Source: a virus (Duplodnaviria; Caudoviricetes). From it: DNA of 59,137 bases. This document shows, in pieces, positions 42,587 to 51,969 of this stretch. Location: positions 1 through 59,137 of IMG/VR virus record IMGVR_UViG_3300023179_000118; one strand, given 5' to 3'. A model generated the notes under the pieces. The model saw only the letters and a program-made list of their open reading frames with translations, was not told where the DNA came from and ran no database searches. The translations under genes were made by a program, and so were the position numbers. Numbering within the stretch: position 1 is the first letter of the stretch; each line of letters opens with the position of its first letter.

Positions 42587-43108
42587 TTATCCCTTACGGG
42601 CTTCAAGAACCTGACTAATCTTTTCCTCTAGGTCAACTGCGTCAACCTGAATACGCAATGGAGCGCCACCCTCGCCCGTCATCTCGACTCGCTCTTTTCG
42701 ACCAAAGGTGTGCTGTCTTGTTCGTTCTAACCACCACGCTGCTGCTTGCCAGGTTCCCTTGGATGCCTCGCGTTGAATGATAGCCACATTTCTTGCCGTT
42801 GCTTCATCTCGCGCTTTTTCTACTGCGTTCAGAAATTCTAAAAAGGGCTTTTCCTCTACCCGCACTGGAGTGTTGGGATACGCCCGCAATCTTTCCTGTT
42901 CTGCCCTACCTCGTACTATCCAGCCAAAGAAGGTGCTTCTACTGATACCAGAAGCACCCGCAGCATCCTCGGCGTAATTGCCTAAACGAATCAACTCGAC
43001 AATCTTTTCCTGAAGGTCAGGGGTCAGCAAAGTATGGCGACCCACCTTCTTGCGCGTCTTGCTATCGGGTACGCTGGTGATTACGGCAACTTCTTTTTTC
43101 TTTGTCAT
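42587..43108 (-). CDS. terS: Terminase small subunit
   Basis: GR...LT, HTH GISRSTF..W, WQAAAWWLER; upstream of terL. Confidence 0.8.
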   Translation of the reverse strand: MTKKKEVAVITSVPDSKTRKKVGRHTLLTPDLQEKIVELIRLGNYAEDAAGASGISRSTFFGWIVRGRAEQERLRAYPNTPVRVEEKPFLEFLNAVEKARDEATARNVAIIQREASKGTWQAAAWWLERTRQHTFGRKERVEMTGEGGAPLRIQVDAVDLEEKISQVLEARKG

Positions 43109-43269
43109 CTCTCTAATTCTACCCTGGGTGTGTTATTCATTCTTTGAATCTCTGCCTCAATCATATCCTTTAAGATAGAGCGTCGTATCTCCCAATAGAT
43201 TTTCTCTTCAATATCCATCTCCACATACTTCACCCAAGGCTTACGGAATTCATATTGACCTATCCTCAT
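43105..43269 (-). CDS. Small hypothetical protein
   Basis: GGAGG RBS; ATGA overlap. Confidence 0.5.
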   Translation of the reverse strand: MRIGQYEFRKPWVKYVEMDIEEKIYWEIRRSILKDMIEAEIQRMNNTPRVELER

Positions 43270-44450
43270 TCTTCCTCCAAGGAACACGCTTCGATGGGTA
43301 TAAAGAGCAACTCAGCAATATCTTGCCATCCGTAAATAGTGTTAGCCCATTCATGTAAATCCTCCGTGTGAACTCGCATAGAGTGGTCTCCCACGCGAAT
43401 TGTTGTTCTGCCAATGGGATTGTGACCAGGCTTGGATTTACCACCGCCAAGAATTTCGTTGGCTTCCTCGCGGGAGAATCCTGTTCCATTGAGATTGGTC
43501 ATAGTGAGCATTTTGGTCAATTCCATACTGTCATAACTGGCCAAGTCTGAGGTGCGATTATCGACGAGAAGGATTTTGATTTCTTCCAACTCTTCGACAT
43601 CAACCCAGTGAACCGCCACCTTCTCCCATCCTAGTTGAAGCATGGCCGATAAGGTGTGATTTCCTGATAAACAATGTTTTGTCCGTTTATTGACTACTAT
43701 GGGGCGATATTGACCAAGTGTGGTTAGAGATTCCACGATTGCTCCGACATCTCCCTCCCTAGGGTTGAGTGGGTGTAACTCAACTTCCTTGATGGGAACG
43801 GTCTCGACATCTTCAGGGGCGCTCTCTGAGCGTTCTACGACTCGCTCTGGAGTGATGGGTGGTCGCTCGGGAAAACCTAATCTAGTTTTGATGGTTTTGA
43901 TGGCTTTGCTTTTTGAATTACTACACTCTTCGTACAACTGTTCTTTCCAGGCTTTGTAAAAATCGGGGTCAACTCGAAAACGCCAAAGGGAAATGCGAAT
44001 CTCAGGGTCATCTTTAGGTTTAGGGGTGATGGGTTCTTTCTCTTTTCCGCCGATAAGATTATCTAGGGTCTCGACCTCTGATTGGGTGAACCCCGTTCCT
44101 TCCAACTCGGGCAGTGAGGTAAGAAGGCTCTTGAGAAGCGGTTCGTTGTATGAGGCGAGGTCGGTCATGCGATTATCGGCTAGAACTATTTTCTTTCCTG
44201 TCTCCTCATCCACATCTACATAAGTCACTTTAATTTTCTTCCAGCCTAATTTTTTGGCAGCCTTCAGAGTGTGATTACCCGCTAAAACAAAATTGGTTCC
44301 GTATTGAACTACTACGGGTCGATATTGACCATGATGATGGAGAGAATCCGCGATTGCCTCAACATCCCCGCGTCTTGGATTATTGGGATAGGCAACAAGG
44401 CTACTGATGGAAACAGTTTGAACTCCGCCAACCTTGATATTGGCTTTCAT
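43266..44450 (-). CDS. Tandem ParB/Srx-domain protein
   Basis: Two copies of NPR.GDV.AI..SL...GQYRP.VV...GNHTL.A...LGW...DNR..DLASY. Confidence 0.85.
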   Translation of the reverse strand: MKANIKVGGVQTVSISSLVAYPNNPRRGDVEAIADSLHHHGQYRPVVVQYGTNFVLAGNHTLKAAKKLGWKKIKVTYVDVDEETGKKIVLADNRMTDLASYNEPLLKSLLTSLPELEGTGFTQSEVETLDNLIGGKEKEPITPKPKDDPEIRISLWRFRVDPDFYKAWKEQLYEECSNSKSKAIKTIKTRLGFPERPPITPERVVERSESAPEDVETVPIKEVELHPLNPREGDVGAIVESLTTLGQYRPIVVNKRTKHCLSGNHTLSAMLQLGWEKVAVHWVDVEELEEIKILLVDNRTSDLASYDSMELTKMLTMTNLNGTGFSREEANEILGGGKSKPGHNPIGRTTIRVGDHSMRVHTEDLHEWANTIYGWQDIAELLFIPIEACSLEEE

Positions 44451-45169
44451 TGTAATTTTTTCTGTTTTTTATTGTCTCGTTCTTCTTGTAACTCTCCAAA
44501 GGTGCGCCCTGCCATTTTCTTATTGAAGTGACGGATATTGTTTGACGGAATTCCAATTTTATTAGTGGGTAAAGTGATGGCTAACAAATCCGAATCACTT
44601 TGATTCATATATCCCGCATCCAGAATCGCTGCGTCATCGGGAAAAACTTCAGCGTGACGGTCTGTTTCTTTGTTGATGAGATAATCTTCTTTCCCGCCCA
44701 GACTATACAAATAACGAAAATTTGACGGGCAATTAGGCTCAACTATTCTTTTGAATAATGAAACCTCTTTGGTGTAACAATAAAATGTTACTTTTGGCGT
44801 AAGGCTTGCTATTTTCAACCACATTTGTAAATACTCTTCAGAGAAAAAATCACCCGCGTCATGTATGCGGATATGTTTACCTTCCATCTTGGGTCGGCTC
44901 ACCTCTTCCAACATTTGTGTGAACCAACGCTCAGGCTCTTCCAAAATATATTCAAGATTCGCAATATGTCGCCCACGAACATTCTTAAAAAGATATGTGC
45001 CATTACGGGCATAACAAAAAGAGGCGCAAGCCCCCGCTTGGGGGCAAACATTGAAATTTTTTCCATTTGTTAAAGTAATAGCAAACGCAGGTAACGACCA
45101 GTTAAAAATTCCATCAGGGCGCAACTCGCTATTTTGCGTCAACAACTTTAGCGGTCTGGTCTTTGTCAT
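44447..45169 (-). CDS. GP88-family protein (radical-SAM-like Cys motif)
   Basis: CPQAGACASFCYA, RIHDAGDF, YTK motifs. Confidence 0.75.
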   Translation of the reverse strand: MTKTRPLKLLTQNSELRPDGIFNWSLPAFAITLTNGKNFNVCPQAGACASFCYARNGTYLFKNVRGRHIANLEYILEEPERWFTQMLEEVSRPKMEGKHIRIHDAGDFFSEEYLQMWLKIASLTPKVTFYCYTKEVSLFKRIVEPNCPSNFRYLYSLGGKEDYLINKETDRHAEVFPDDAAILDAGYMNQSDSDLLAITLPTNKIGIPSNNIRHFNKKMAGRTFGELQEERDNKKQKKLQ

Positions 45170-45468
45170 TAGAATTTAGCCTTTGGTGGTCTCCCGCGTC
45201 TACGAATAACATTCCCGTTATCGTCGAACTCTGGTTCTCGGGGAATGTCGTTTCGGATAATTTTGTAAATCAACTGCTCGGAAACACCCATGGCATGAGC
45301 AATTTCACGGTAGGTAATTCTTTGTTTCCGCAATCGCAAAATCAACTGTTTTCTGCGTTTGCCTAAATCTTGTATCTGGTTTTGGTGTTCTCGAATGGCA
45401 TTGGTCAGTAGTTTGACTTCATCTAACCCGCGACCATCTAAGGCAACCGCCTCTAACATTCCGCTCAT
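45169..45468 (-). CDS. HTH DNA-binding protein with AT-hook-like tail
   Basis: TYREIAHAMGVSEQLIYKI; RRRGRPPK. Confidence 0.75.
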   Translation of the reverse strand: MSGMLEAVALDGRGLDEVKLLTNAIREHQNQIQDLGKRRKQLILRLRKQRITYREIAHAMGVSEQLIYKIIRNDIPREPEFDDNGNVIRRRGRPPKAKF

Positions 45469-45668
45469 TGAATACCATCCTTCATATTAAACATACTTGA
45501 CCAATCTTCGGGTAAATCATCATCTCTTCCTCGTGAAGCGGTGAGAACCTCAATAATTATTTTTGCCTTTGCTTTGTGATAACTCAAAATTATTACCACG
45601 GCAAACGGGGCTAAAAATAATAAAACTAACCCTACTGCTAAAATCGTAAAAATCAAATCCCAGTTCAT
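45465..45668 (-). CDS. Small membrane protein
   Basis: Long N-terminal hydrophobic stretch; GGAGAGG RBS. Confidence 0.6.
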   Translation of the reverse strand: MNWDLIFTILAVGLVLLFLAPFAVVIILSYHKAKAKIIIEVLTASRGRDDDLPEDWSSMFNMKDGIQ

Positions 45669-46075
45669 ATCTTCCTCTCCTTTCGTGACCCTCGAATGTA
45701 AAGCACCAACGCATTTTTATCTTTTTCTGGCGGTAGATAAATCAAAGACCGTAAAAATTTTGGTGAATCATCTTCAATGACTTTTGCGTCAACAATTCCA
45801 TCAATCGCTGCCTTCACCGATGGATGACACGCACCTACATCTTGACTCCTTCCCCCTTTTTGATGAGGTTCTACCGTAATACTCACCCAACTCATCGGGG
45901 GAATCTTTTCTTTAAGAGCAAGCGCATAGAAAGCCGTTCGCCAGTGACGGGTTTCGTTAGCCCTATCCCATCTATTGCCCTTTCTTTCAGCGTTTGTTGT
46001 CCAGGGTCGCTCGGAAAATTCCAGTCGATAAACCCATTGCTCGGACTCATCGCTGTTACATAGGCAAAATGACAT
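45665..46075 (-). CDS. RusA-like Holliday junction resolvase
   Basis: D......KA.IDG.VDA..I.DD motif. Confidence 0.75.
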   Translation of the reverse strand: MSFCLCNSDESEQWVYRLEFSERPWTTNAERKGNRWDRANETRHWRTAFYALALKEKIPPMSWVSITVEPHQKGGRSQDVGACHPSVKAAIDGIVDAKVIEDDSPKFLRSLIYLPPEKDKNALVLYIRGSRKERKI

Positions 46076-46096
46076 GGATGTAATTTAGAGATTGTC

Positions 46097-46465
46097 CTAA
46101 TTTGTCGCAAGTTCCCTCTTTCCACCCTCATTGTCGATAAACCACCTTATGCCGTGAATGTCAGTAAAAGGAATATCCATTGCGTTATCAATGGCAAAAA
46201 TTAAATAACCCTCTTCTCGGGCTTTATTCCTGTTTGACTCAACCCAACCATGGCATCCTGTTGTTCCTGAACCACATAAGACAATCAGATTGGCTGGCAG
46301 ATGAAGGTCGGCTCGACGACTACCACCCATCTTTCTTGGATGGCGATGGTGAACCGAGACCCCAACGCTACTTAAATCCCCTCCGCATCTCTCACACCGA
46401 TAAAGGGCGCGAGCAAAAACAGCAAAACGCTCTTTTTCCTCTACCCGTAATTTATTCTTGACCAT
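46097..46465 (-). CDS. HNH endonuclease
   Basis: CERC, HHR.PR.MGG, NL..LCGSGTTGCH. Confidence 0.85.
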   Translation of the reverse strand: MVKNKLRVEEKERFAVFARALYRCERCGGDLSSVGVSVHHRHPRKMGGSRRADLHLPANLIVLCGSGTTGCHGWVESNRNKAREEGYLIFAIDNAMDIPFTDIHGIRWFIDNEGGKRELATN

Positions 46466-46799
46466 GAAGTATCCGCCTCATCTTTTCAAGATATTTTTTG
46501 GATACCTCAATGGGTACTGCGTTCGCCCTAGCCTCTTCCAACTGTCGAGAAATTTCTTTCGCTCGTTCTTGTTCTTGGTCATTCTTCACTTTGACCATCC
46601 AAAAATTATTTAGATGGCTTGGTTGAATCATTGATTCTTTGTTGGCGTAATGGTTGTAGACACCATCCCTAGCGAACTCATACGGCATATCTCGATTGAG
46701 GGATTGATGCCACGCGATAATAACTCCCTCGTTGGCTTGATGACGGGTGTCGTAATACGAAATGACAACAAAAAGTTTGGCAACCTCCGCTGGAGTCAT
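46452..46799 (-). CDS. Helicase loader/inhibitor-like protein
   Basis: MT..E...L......D.R...W...L...Y motif; follows the initiator. Confidence 0.55.
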   Translation of the reverse strand: MTPAEVAKLFVVISYYDTRHQANEGVIIAWHQSLNRDMPYEFARDGVYNHYANKESMIQPSHLNNFWMVKVKNDQEQERAKEISRQLEEARANAVPIEVSKKYLEKMRRILHGQE

Positions 46800-47506
46800 G
46801 GCAACTCCAGGTGTTCAAACTTCTTAGAAATCTCCATGGCGCGATGAGCCGATGTTTCGGAGCGGGTTTTGACTCCCACTTTCCGTAACACTAAATCCAT
46901 CTGACGCATTGAGGGAACTGTGCCGATGTAATCCAATGCCTCTAAAATCGCTTCTTGGCTGTATTGCCTTTTGAGCGCTGCGTCGCAGACTTGAACTAGA
47001 GAGTGCCACGCGCCCTTGCCGATGGGTTTGGTGTTTTGTTTTTCCCACCATATTTTTGCGATGAACTCACCAGAGAGCGCGTCAGCGCTCTTCGTTGTAT
47101 CTAGGATAGTTGTATAGGATGGATGGTACACGGTGGCGTATGGGAGTTGACCCTCTGTTGTATGGGAGTTGACCCCTACATTTTCTGGGAGTTCCATATC
47201 GCTCTCAATTTCTGACTCCCATAAATCTTCTGGGGGTTTCTTATTCGCCCACAATAGTTGATAAGTCGTCGCATTTCCCCGAGAGGTTCCCCTACTGAGA
47301 ACCTTGATGAAACCATCGTCGACCATTTCGCGGATAATTTTGCGAACATAGTCAGGGGTACAACGGGCTTTTTTCGCCAGCATTGATTGTGATGCGAAGA
47401 AACGACCATCATCGTGAGAAATATCAGCGAGCGCTAAATGAACAAGCAGTTTTGTATCCGAATACGGCGAATCAGCCCACACTCTCGTCATCAAGCGAAT
47501 ACTCAC
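46796..47506 (-). CDS. Replication initiator-like winged-HTH protein
   Basis: KLLV.LALAD...SQ..LA.K; probable GTG start at 47506. Confidence 0.7.
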   Translation of the reverse strand: MSIRLMTRVWADSPYSDTKLLVHLALADISHDDGRFFASQSMLAKKARCTPDYVRKIIREMVDDGFIKVLSRGTSRGNATTYQLLWANKKPPEDLWESEIESDMELPENVGVNSHTTEGQLPYATVYHPSYTTILDTTKSADALSGEFIAKIWWEKQNTKPIGKGAWHSLVQVCDAALKRQYSQEAILEALDYIGTVPSMRQMDLVLRKVGVKTRSETSAHRAMEISKKFEHLELP

Positions 47507-47877
47507 AAAGAACCCCCACAATGCGGGCAGCATTTTTTCTTACTGCCGTGTTTTTCAATCTCACGACCTTCAACACTTTCAGGGAGAACATAAACTTTAC
47601 AACGATTGCGCGTACTCTTTAGGCGTTCTATACGACCCGATAAGTGAAGGACAGATAGTAACCCAGAGGCGCTTCCATGATGAACATTGAGCGCTCGGGC
47701 GAGTTCTGCCCAGGTAACACCGTAACGGCCTACCCGAGAGAGCAAGTCCAGCGTCGCTTTCTGTTTGGCAGAAGTCGTTCCGTTGGAATCTTGCTCCCTC
47801 GCCCTCGCCTCTGAAGTGTCACTACCCGAGAATCCCGAGGTGCCGTTATAGGGCAACTCAGGAATCGACAGCGACAT
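47503..47877 (-). CDS. Winged-HTH protein with C-terminal CPHC
   Basis: G.TW.EL...L..HHG.ASG.LS.LH..G.I. Confidence 0.65.
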   Translation of the reverse strand: MSLSIPELPYNGTSGFSGSDTSEARAREQDSNGTTSAKQKATLDLLSRVGRYGVTWAELARALNVHHGSASGLLSVLHLSGRIERLKSTRNRCKVYVLPESVEGREIEKHGSKKKCCPHCGGSL

Positions 47878-48505
47878 TTAGAGTCTCCTTTTTCCTATTG
47901 TTTAATTCATTTTGCTTATCAATAAAAGCAAGACGCAAAATTTCTAAGTTTTCTTGCGAATAAGTTTTCTTGTTTTTGGTCAAGAACTCACCCACAACCG
48001 CCAACTCCAAAGTATTTGATGCCTTAGAGATTTCTTCCAAGACACCAGAAACATTTTCATTGACCGATTTCACTTCTGAACGCTCATACGAATTTGCGTC
48101 GGGGTCGATTTCATCGGTAGGTAGGCAGAGCGCTTGAAGAAGTGCGGTGCGAAAAGCAACTGACATTGCCTTAGCGCTTGCCTTATCTCCAGCATCCATC
48201 GCCTCGGCGACTACCGTTGCGCGAATCGCATCACCTTTAGGGCCAATAAACGAATATGTAACTTTTACTTTCGCATGACCCATTGCGGTTCGATTCTTGC
48301 CAATTTCAACTGTGCTGTATTCATAATCCTCTACTGATGGAATGACCAACACGCCGTACTTTTGAAGTGCGGGAGATACCGCGTTAACTACCGCATCAAT
48401 GCCTCGAAAATTAAATCCCTGCGACTGATTACGGTCTTTCTTTGCGATACCACCAACTGCTCGCATCACATCCGCGAGCGCTTGTTGAATTGTGATTTCT
48501 TCCAT
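47858..48505 (-). CDS. ERF-family ssDNA-annealing recombinase
   Basis: K..RN..Q.F.FRGID, D.GDKA..KA.S.A.R.AL.Q. Confidence 0.85.
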   Translation of the reverse strand: MEEITIQQALADVMRAVGGIAKKDRNQSQGFNFRGIDAVVNAVSPALQKYGVLVIPSVEDYEYSTVEIGKNRTAMGHAKVKVTYSFIGPKGDAIRATVVAEAMDAGDKASAKAMSVAFRTALLQALCLPTDEIDPDANSYERSEVKSVNENVSGVLEEISKASNTLELAVVGEFLTKNKKTYSQENLEILRLAFIDKQNELNNRKKETLNVAVDS

Positions 48506-48516
48506 TGTTCCTCTCT

Positions 48517-49050
48517 CTACTCAATGTCGAATGAAACATTAACCATCGGTGGTTCTAATTTGACCAATGGCACAATTTCACCCTGGGTTGAAATTACCAC
48601 ATCGCCGTCAATAGTCAAAGCGTTGAGGGCTTTGCGGTCAATCTCTTCTTTCACCCGTATCAAACTCGGCTCATTGGTTTTTGCCCACTGGATGAACTCT
48701 TTATCATCCTCAATGGTGATTTTTGCCCTCGTTTGTACCGTTTTGATGGTGCCGTGAGGTAGGACTATCGATTTACGGTCATTGGAGCGCTCTAGGAGGG
48801 CGTAAGGTCGAAGGATAGCCTCGAAGTATTCCGCATCCCTATTCAGGGCGCTGTTGACCTTACCGAGCCATTCTGTGACCCGTGTTATCTCGTCTGAGGC
48901 TATTTTTTCGTTCTCGGCCTGTTTATGGCGGATAGATTGAAGTCGACGCAACGCCCAATCAGCCTTGGAGTCATCATCGACTATAAAGTGAGCGGGTTCG
49001 CTTTCGACCTCATTGATTTCAAATTCGTCTAACGGTGGTACTAATTCCAT
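48517..49050 (-). CDS. Mu Gam-like host-nuclease inhibitor
   Basis: A.WALR, KS..LP.G, RVKEE.D..AL motifs. Confidence 0.75.
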   Translation of the reverse strand: MELVPPLDEFEINEVESEPAHFIVDDDSKADWALRRLQSIRHKQAENEKIASDEITRVTEWLGKVNSALNRDAEYFEAILRPYALLERSNDRKSIVLPHGTIKTVQTRAKITIEDDKEFIQWAKTNEPSLIRVKEEIDRKALNALTIDGDVVISTQGEIVPLVKLEPPMVNVSFDIE

Positions 49051-49102
49051 GTTGTTCTCCTCTCGGTCTGAGAGGATATATGACCCCCGTTGAGGGTGTC
49101 AA
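49051..49102 (-). promoter_or_regulatory. Promoter TTGACA...TATCCT with AACGGGGGT motif and SD-occluding hairpin
   Basis: TCCTCTC/GAGAGGA inverted repeat covers the RBS of the recombination operon. Confidence 0.7.
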
Positions 49103-49103
49103 C

Positions 49104-49379
49104 TCAGAAGCCGATTATCTGCCCAACATATATGGAGGCACCGACAACGGTGGCGATGAACATGGCTCCAACAGTACGAATCACCCATTCAGAACGTGAT
49201 TCCATTTTTCCAAGGCGGTCTGTGATGTGTTCCATTGCCTGTGTGATGCGGTCTGAATCAGCATCATACACATCTTTGCGAACATAGGTTTGCGAGATAT
49301 TGAGGTTCATTTGTTTCACCTCAATGGTTAAATCATCAAGTCGACGCATAACTTCTCCGAGCGTCGGTTGAGTCTCCAC
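49104..49379 (-). CDS. Coiled-coil protein with C-terminal TM (lysis accessory)
   Basis: Position after the endolysin; one TM. Confidence 0.6.
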   Translation of the reverse strand: METQPTLGEVMRRLDDLTIEVKQMNLNISQTYVRKDVYDADSDRITQAMEHITDRLGKMESRSEWVIRTVGAMFIATVVGASIYVGQIIGF

Positions 49380-49858
49380 TACGATTCCCAGGCGGGTCGG
49401 GCAACTCCCATGACCTTTGCGTAAGGTCGTTTTTTGAGATATGCGCCGTCACCATTTGATTGTGAACCTGCCCCATCTTTTGCGGTATTACCTTCGTAAC
49501 ACCAGATAAAACCTTTTCCATCATTCTTCATCACGATACCAACATGGTCTGCCATTGCGTCGTCATCAAACTGGAAGAACGCAATATCACCTTCTTGGGC
49601 TTTTCCAACTGGCACTACTTGACCTTTTTTAGCAAACCACTTCAATCCCGCATCGCAGGAAGCAAAACCTTTTTTCGATTGAGCAGCAACAAGTGGTGAA
49701 AGTCCTGCTTCGTTGAAGCACCAAGAAACGAACATCGCACACCAAGGTTGATTATTTAATCCATACCATTTTCCATACTTGGTGTCATTATTGGCACCCT
49801 CTTTGTATTTGGCATCAATTTCAGCCTTGGCGATTGCGACAACTTTCTCGGCACTCAT
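49379..49858 (-). CDS. CHAP-domain endolysin
   Basis: PWCAMFVSW, GD..FF, HVGIV, EGNT. Confidence 0.9.
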   Translation of the reverse strand: MSAEKVVAIAKAEIDAKYKEGANNDTKYGKWYGLNNQPWCAMFVSWCFNEAGLSPLVAAQSKKGFASCDAGLKWFAKKGQVVPVGKAQEGDIAFFQFDDDAMADHVGIVMKNDGKGFIWCYEGNTAKDGAGSQSNGDGAYLKKRPYAKVMGVARPAWES

Positions 49859-49859
49859 G

Positions 49860-50138
49860 TTATTTCTTCTTTGCGGTTTTTTTCGCTGGTTTCTTGATTG
49901 CCTTAACTGCTGAGGCGGTGACAACATCTGCCACTTTACCGAAAGCAGGGTCTTTTGGATTCAATGCGCGAATGGCGACTGGGAGAACGCTGGCAACTCC
50001 AGCAGCGATAATTCCTTTGAAGGTATCCATGTCTAGGGCAAAGAGGTCTCCACCTGTTGCCATGAATGAAGCGGTGGCTGCTGCGAGGAAAGAGCGACCA
50101 TACGAGGCGAGCATTGCCTTCTGTGAAGCACTAAGCAT
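49860..50138 (-). CDS. Holin
   Basis: Two hydrophobic segments, LNP.D..FG, basic tail; adjacent to the endolysin. Confidence 0.7.
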   Translation of the reverse strand: MLSASQKAMLASYGRSFLAAATASFMATGGDLFALDMDTFKGIIAAGVASVLPVAIRALNPKDPAFGKVADVVTASAVKAIKKPAKKTAKKK

Positions 50139-50176
50139 AATTCTCCTAACTAGAGGCTAAAATTCTAGCAAACTCG

Positions 50177-50848
50177 TTATGAACCAAGGTAGATAAGGCT
50201 CATTTTAGGCTGATGGTCTGATGAATTAAGAATGTCTAAATCACTTCCACTGTTTTGCCATACTCGCAACTCCACATAATCATTCTTCGTCAGAGAAACT
50301 GCGTGTGTGGTCACTGTGCTATGGGTATCAACGGAATTAGAAACAGGATTAAAGTCTGAACGAGCCAATTCAACCGTATTGTTTTTTAAGATATTGATAG
50401 CGCGATGGCCCGCTGAGGCAGCCTCGAAAGCAACATTGGCTGTTATGAAATAACGTCCTGTGATGGGAACCGTCAATCGTGTTGGGTTAGGTGAGACATC
50501 CCAACAATTCCACGCATCCGAATCAACTGCGCTGAACTCTATTTTTGTTTGTGTAGATGTAGTGATGGTTTGGGCAGTGGTTCGATACGCGGTAGGGGCA
50601 AGAGTTCTATCTGCGCCCGCAATCATCCCGATTGCCAGCACATCCGCGTTTTGGGTCAATAACCAAGTTTGCGTATCTGGCAGTGGTGCGTAATTCGATA
50701 GATAACGCACTGACGGCAGCGTATTGGTGTCTCCCGCAACTTGAATATCTACTGTTCGATTACTGTTGACGGTGACAATTTTTCCTTGACGCAGTTTTAA
50801 TCCCTGCGGTGTTTCTTTAATTTGTGTGACAAGATAATTTAAGTCCAT
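50177..50848 (-). CDS. Minor tail / tail-tip protein with C1q-like C-terminus
   Basis: RLTVP.TG.Y, L...DYVEL.V.Q.SG; last tail gene. Confidence 0.65.
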   Translation of the reverse strand: MDLNYLVTQIKETPQGLKLRQGKIVTVNSNRTVDIQVAGDTNTLPSVRYLSNYAPLPDTQTWLLTQNADVLAIGMIAGADRTLAPTAYRTTAQTITTSTQTKIEFSAVDSDAWNCWDVSPNPTRLTVPITGRYFITANVAFEAASAGHRAINILKNNTVELARSDFNPVSNSVDTHSTVTTHAVSLTKNDYVELRVWQNSGSDLDILNSSDHQPKMSLIYLGS

Positions 50849-51969
50849 CAGAATCTCCTTGTCCTTCCCACTGCGCTCATTGCGTCTTGCGGAGCAAGCG
50901 GAATGGTGACGGAATCCAACATCAAGACCGCATCAACTCCCGAATCAGCCCGCACAATTTTGATTAAATCAAAAACATCGTGGGCTGGATTAACTATTTG
51001 ACTCCATGTAATTTTTTCTGATGCGCCAATTACTTTTCGTAACTCTGCCTCTGCTGCTGTTTTCGCCTCAGCAACGGTAAGAATAGTTGGCGACGACTTA
51101 AAAAGCGGTACATCTCCATAGGTATATCGGTAGGTGGGTGAGGCGGGGTTCTCATCCCACGCTTCTCCAATTACGCCAATCGATAGGTTGGTTCCTTCAC
51201 CCGTATAAATAACGCCATTAAAAGTTTCATCTGTTGAAAGTGAGCGCTGTAACTGAACTAAAACTGAATCAACATTGTCTTGGTATTCAATGAGAGCCGT
51301 ACCCACATCGGGGTTTGGAATAGGTCGCAATCGCGCTGTTCCATTTTCGTCAAAATATAAATCCATTCCAGCCGACTCTGCGATTTTCAAAGCCTCTTTC
51401 CAGGGGTCTGAACTCTCGCGCTCTAAAGTGGGATAAATAATTCCCGTGACCTGATTGGTCGCGGGAAAAAGTGTTTGAACTGACGGGTATCTATCAACCA
51501 AAATTTGTTTAATGGCCTCTTCTTTGGCTGTGTTATCAGCAATGTAAAACTCGTGGTTAATATATTTTGCGCGTTGAACTCGTAGGCTTCTATCTGAACC
51601 CTCAACCGATATTTGAATTCCTTGTGCCGTATCGGTGATTTCGACGGTGGTGAGAATAAAGACACCCAAAGGCACCAATTCCTCGGTGCCATCTGCGAAC
51701 TCAATTCCTCGGTAAATCTTAATTTCTCGATTGTACGGCAATAAGACAGAAGAAATTTTATTAGTTGGAATGAGCGTTGAATCTGTATCAACAAAGGTCA
51801 GAGAACACTGACGACGAATAGAGCGTCGTGAATCGATGGTTACTTCACCCGCAATGGGCTGTACGGTTTTTAGCAATCTTCCGTTTGCCATATCATAAAT
51901 CTCAACTTTTACTTTACTCACATGAGATTTACGAACTGCTGACAAAAAGTTGTCAGAGACGGGATACAT
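50848..51969 (-). CDS. Minor tail / baseplate hub protein (DUF5047-like)
   Basis: G.VT.D....IRR...L, PY..E...YRG, VPLGVF. Confidence 0.7.
   Translation of the reverse strand: MYPVSDNFLSAVRKSHVSKVKVEIYDMANGRLLKTVQPIAGEVTIDSRRSIRRQCSLTFVDTDSTLIPTNKISSVLLPYNREIKIYRGIEFADGTEELVPLGVFILTTVEITDTAQGIQISVEGSDRSLRVQRAKYINHEFYIADNTAKEEAIKQILVDRYPSVQTLFPATNQVTGIIYPTLERESSDPWKEALKIAESAGMDLYFDENGTARLRPIPNPDVGTALIEYQDNVDSVLVQLQRSLSTDETFNGVIYTGEGTNLSIGVIGEAWDENPASPTYRYTYGDVPLFKSSPTILTVAEAKTAAEAELRKVIGASEKITWSQIVNPAHDVFDLIKIVRADSGVDAVLMLDSVTIPLAPQDAMSAVGRTRRF

Noticed and set aside
43266-44450. ParABS plasmid-prophage partition system
   Set aside because: No ParA or parS array was seen; terminase-adjacent ParB-like domains are common in phages.
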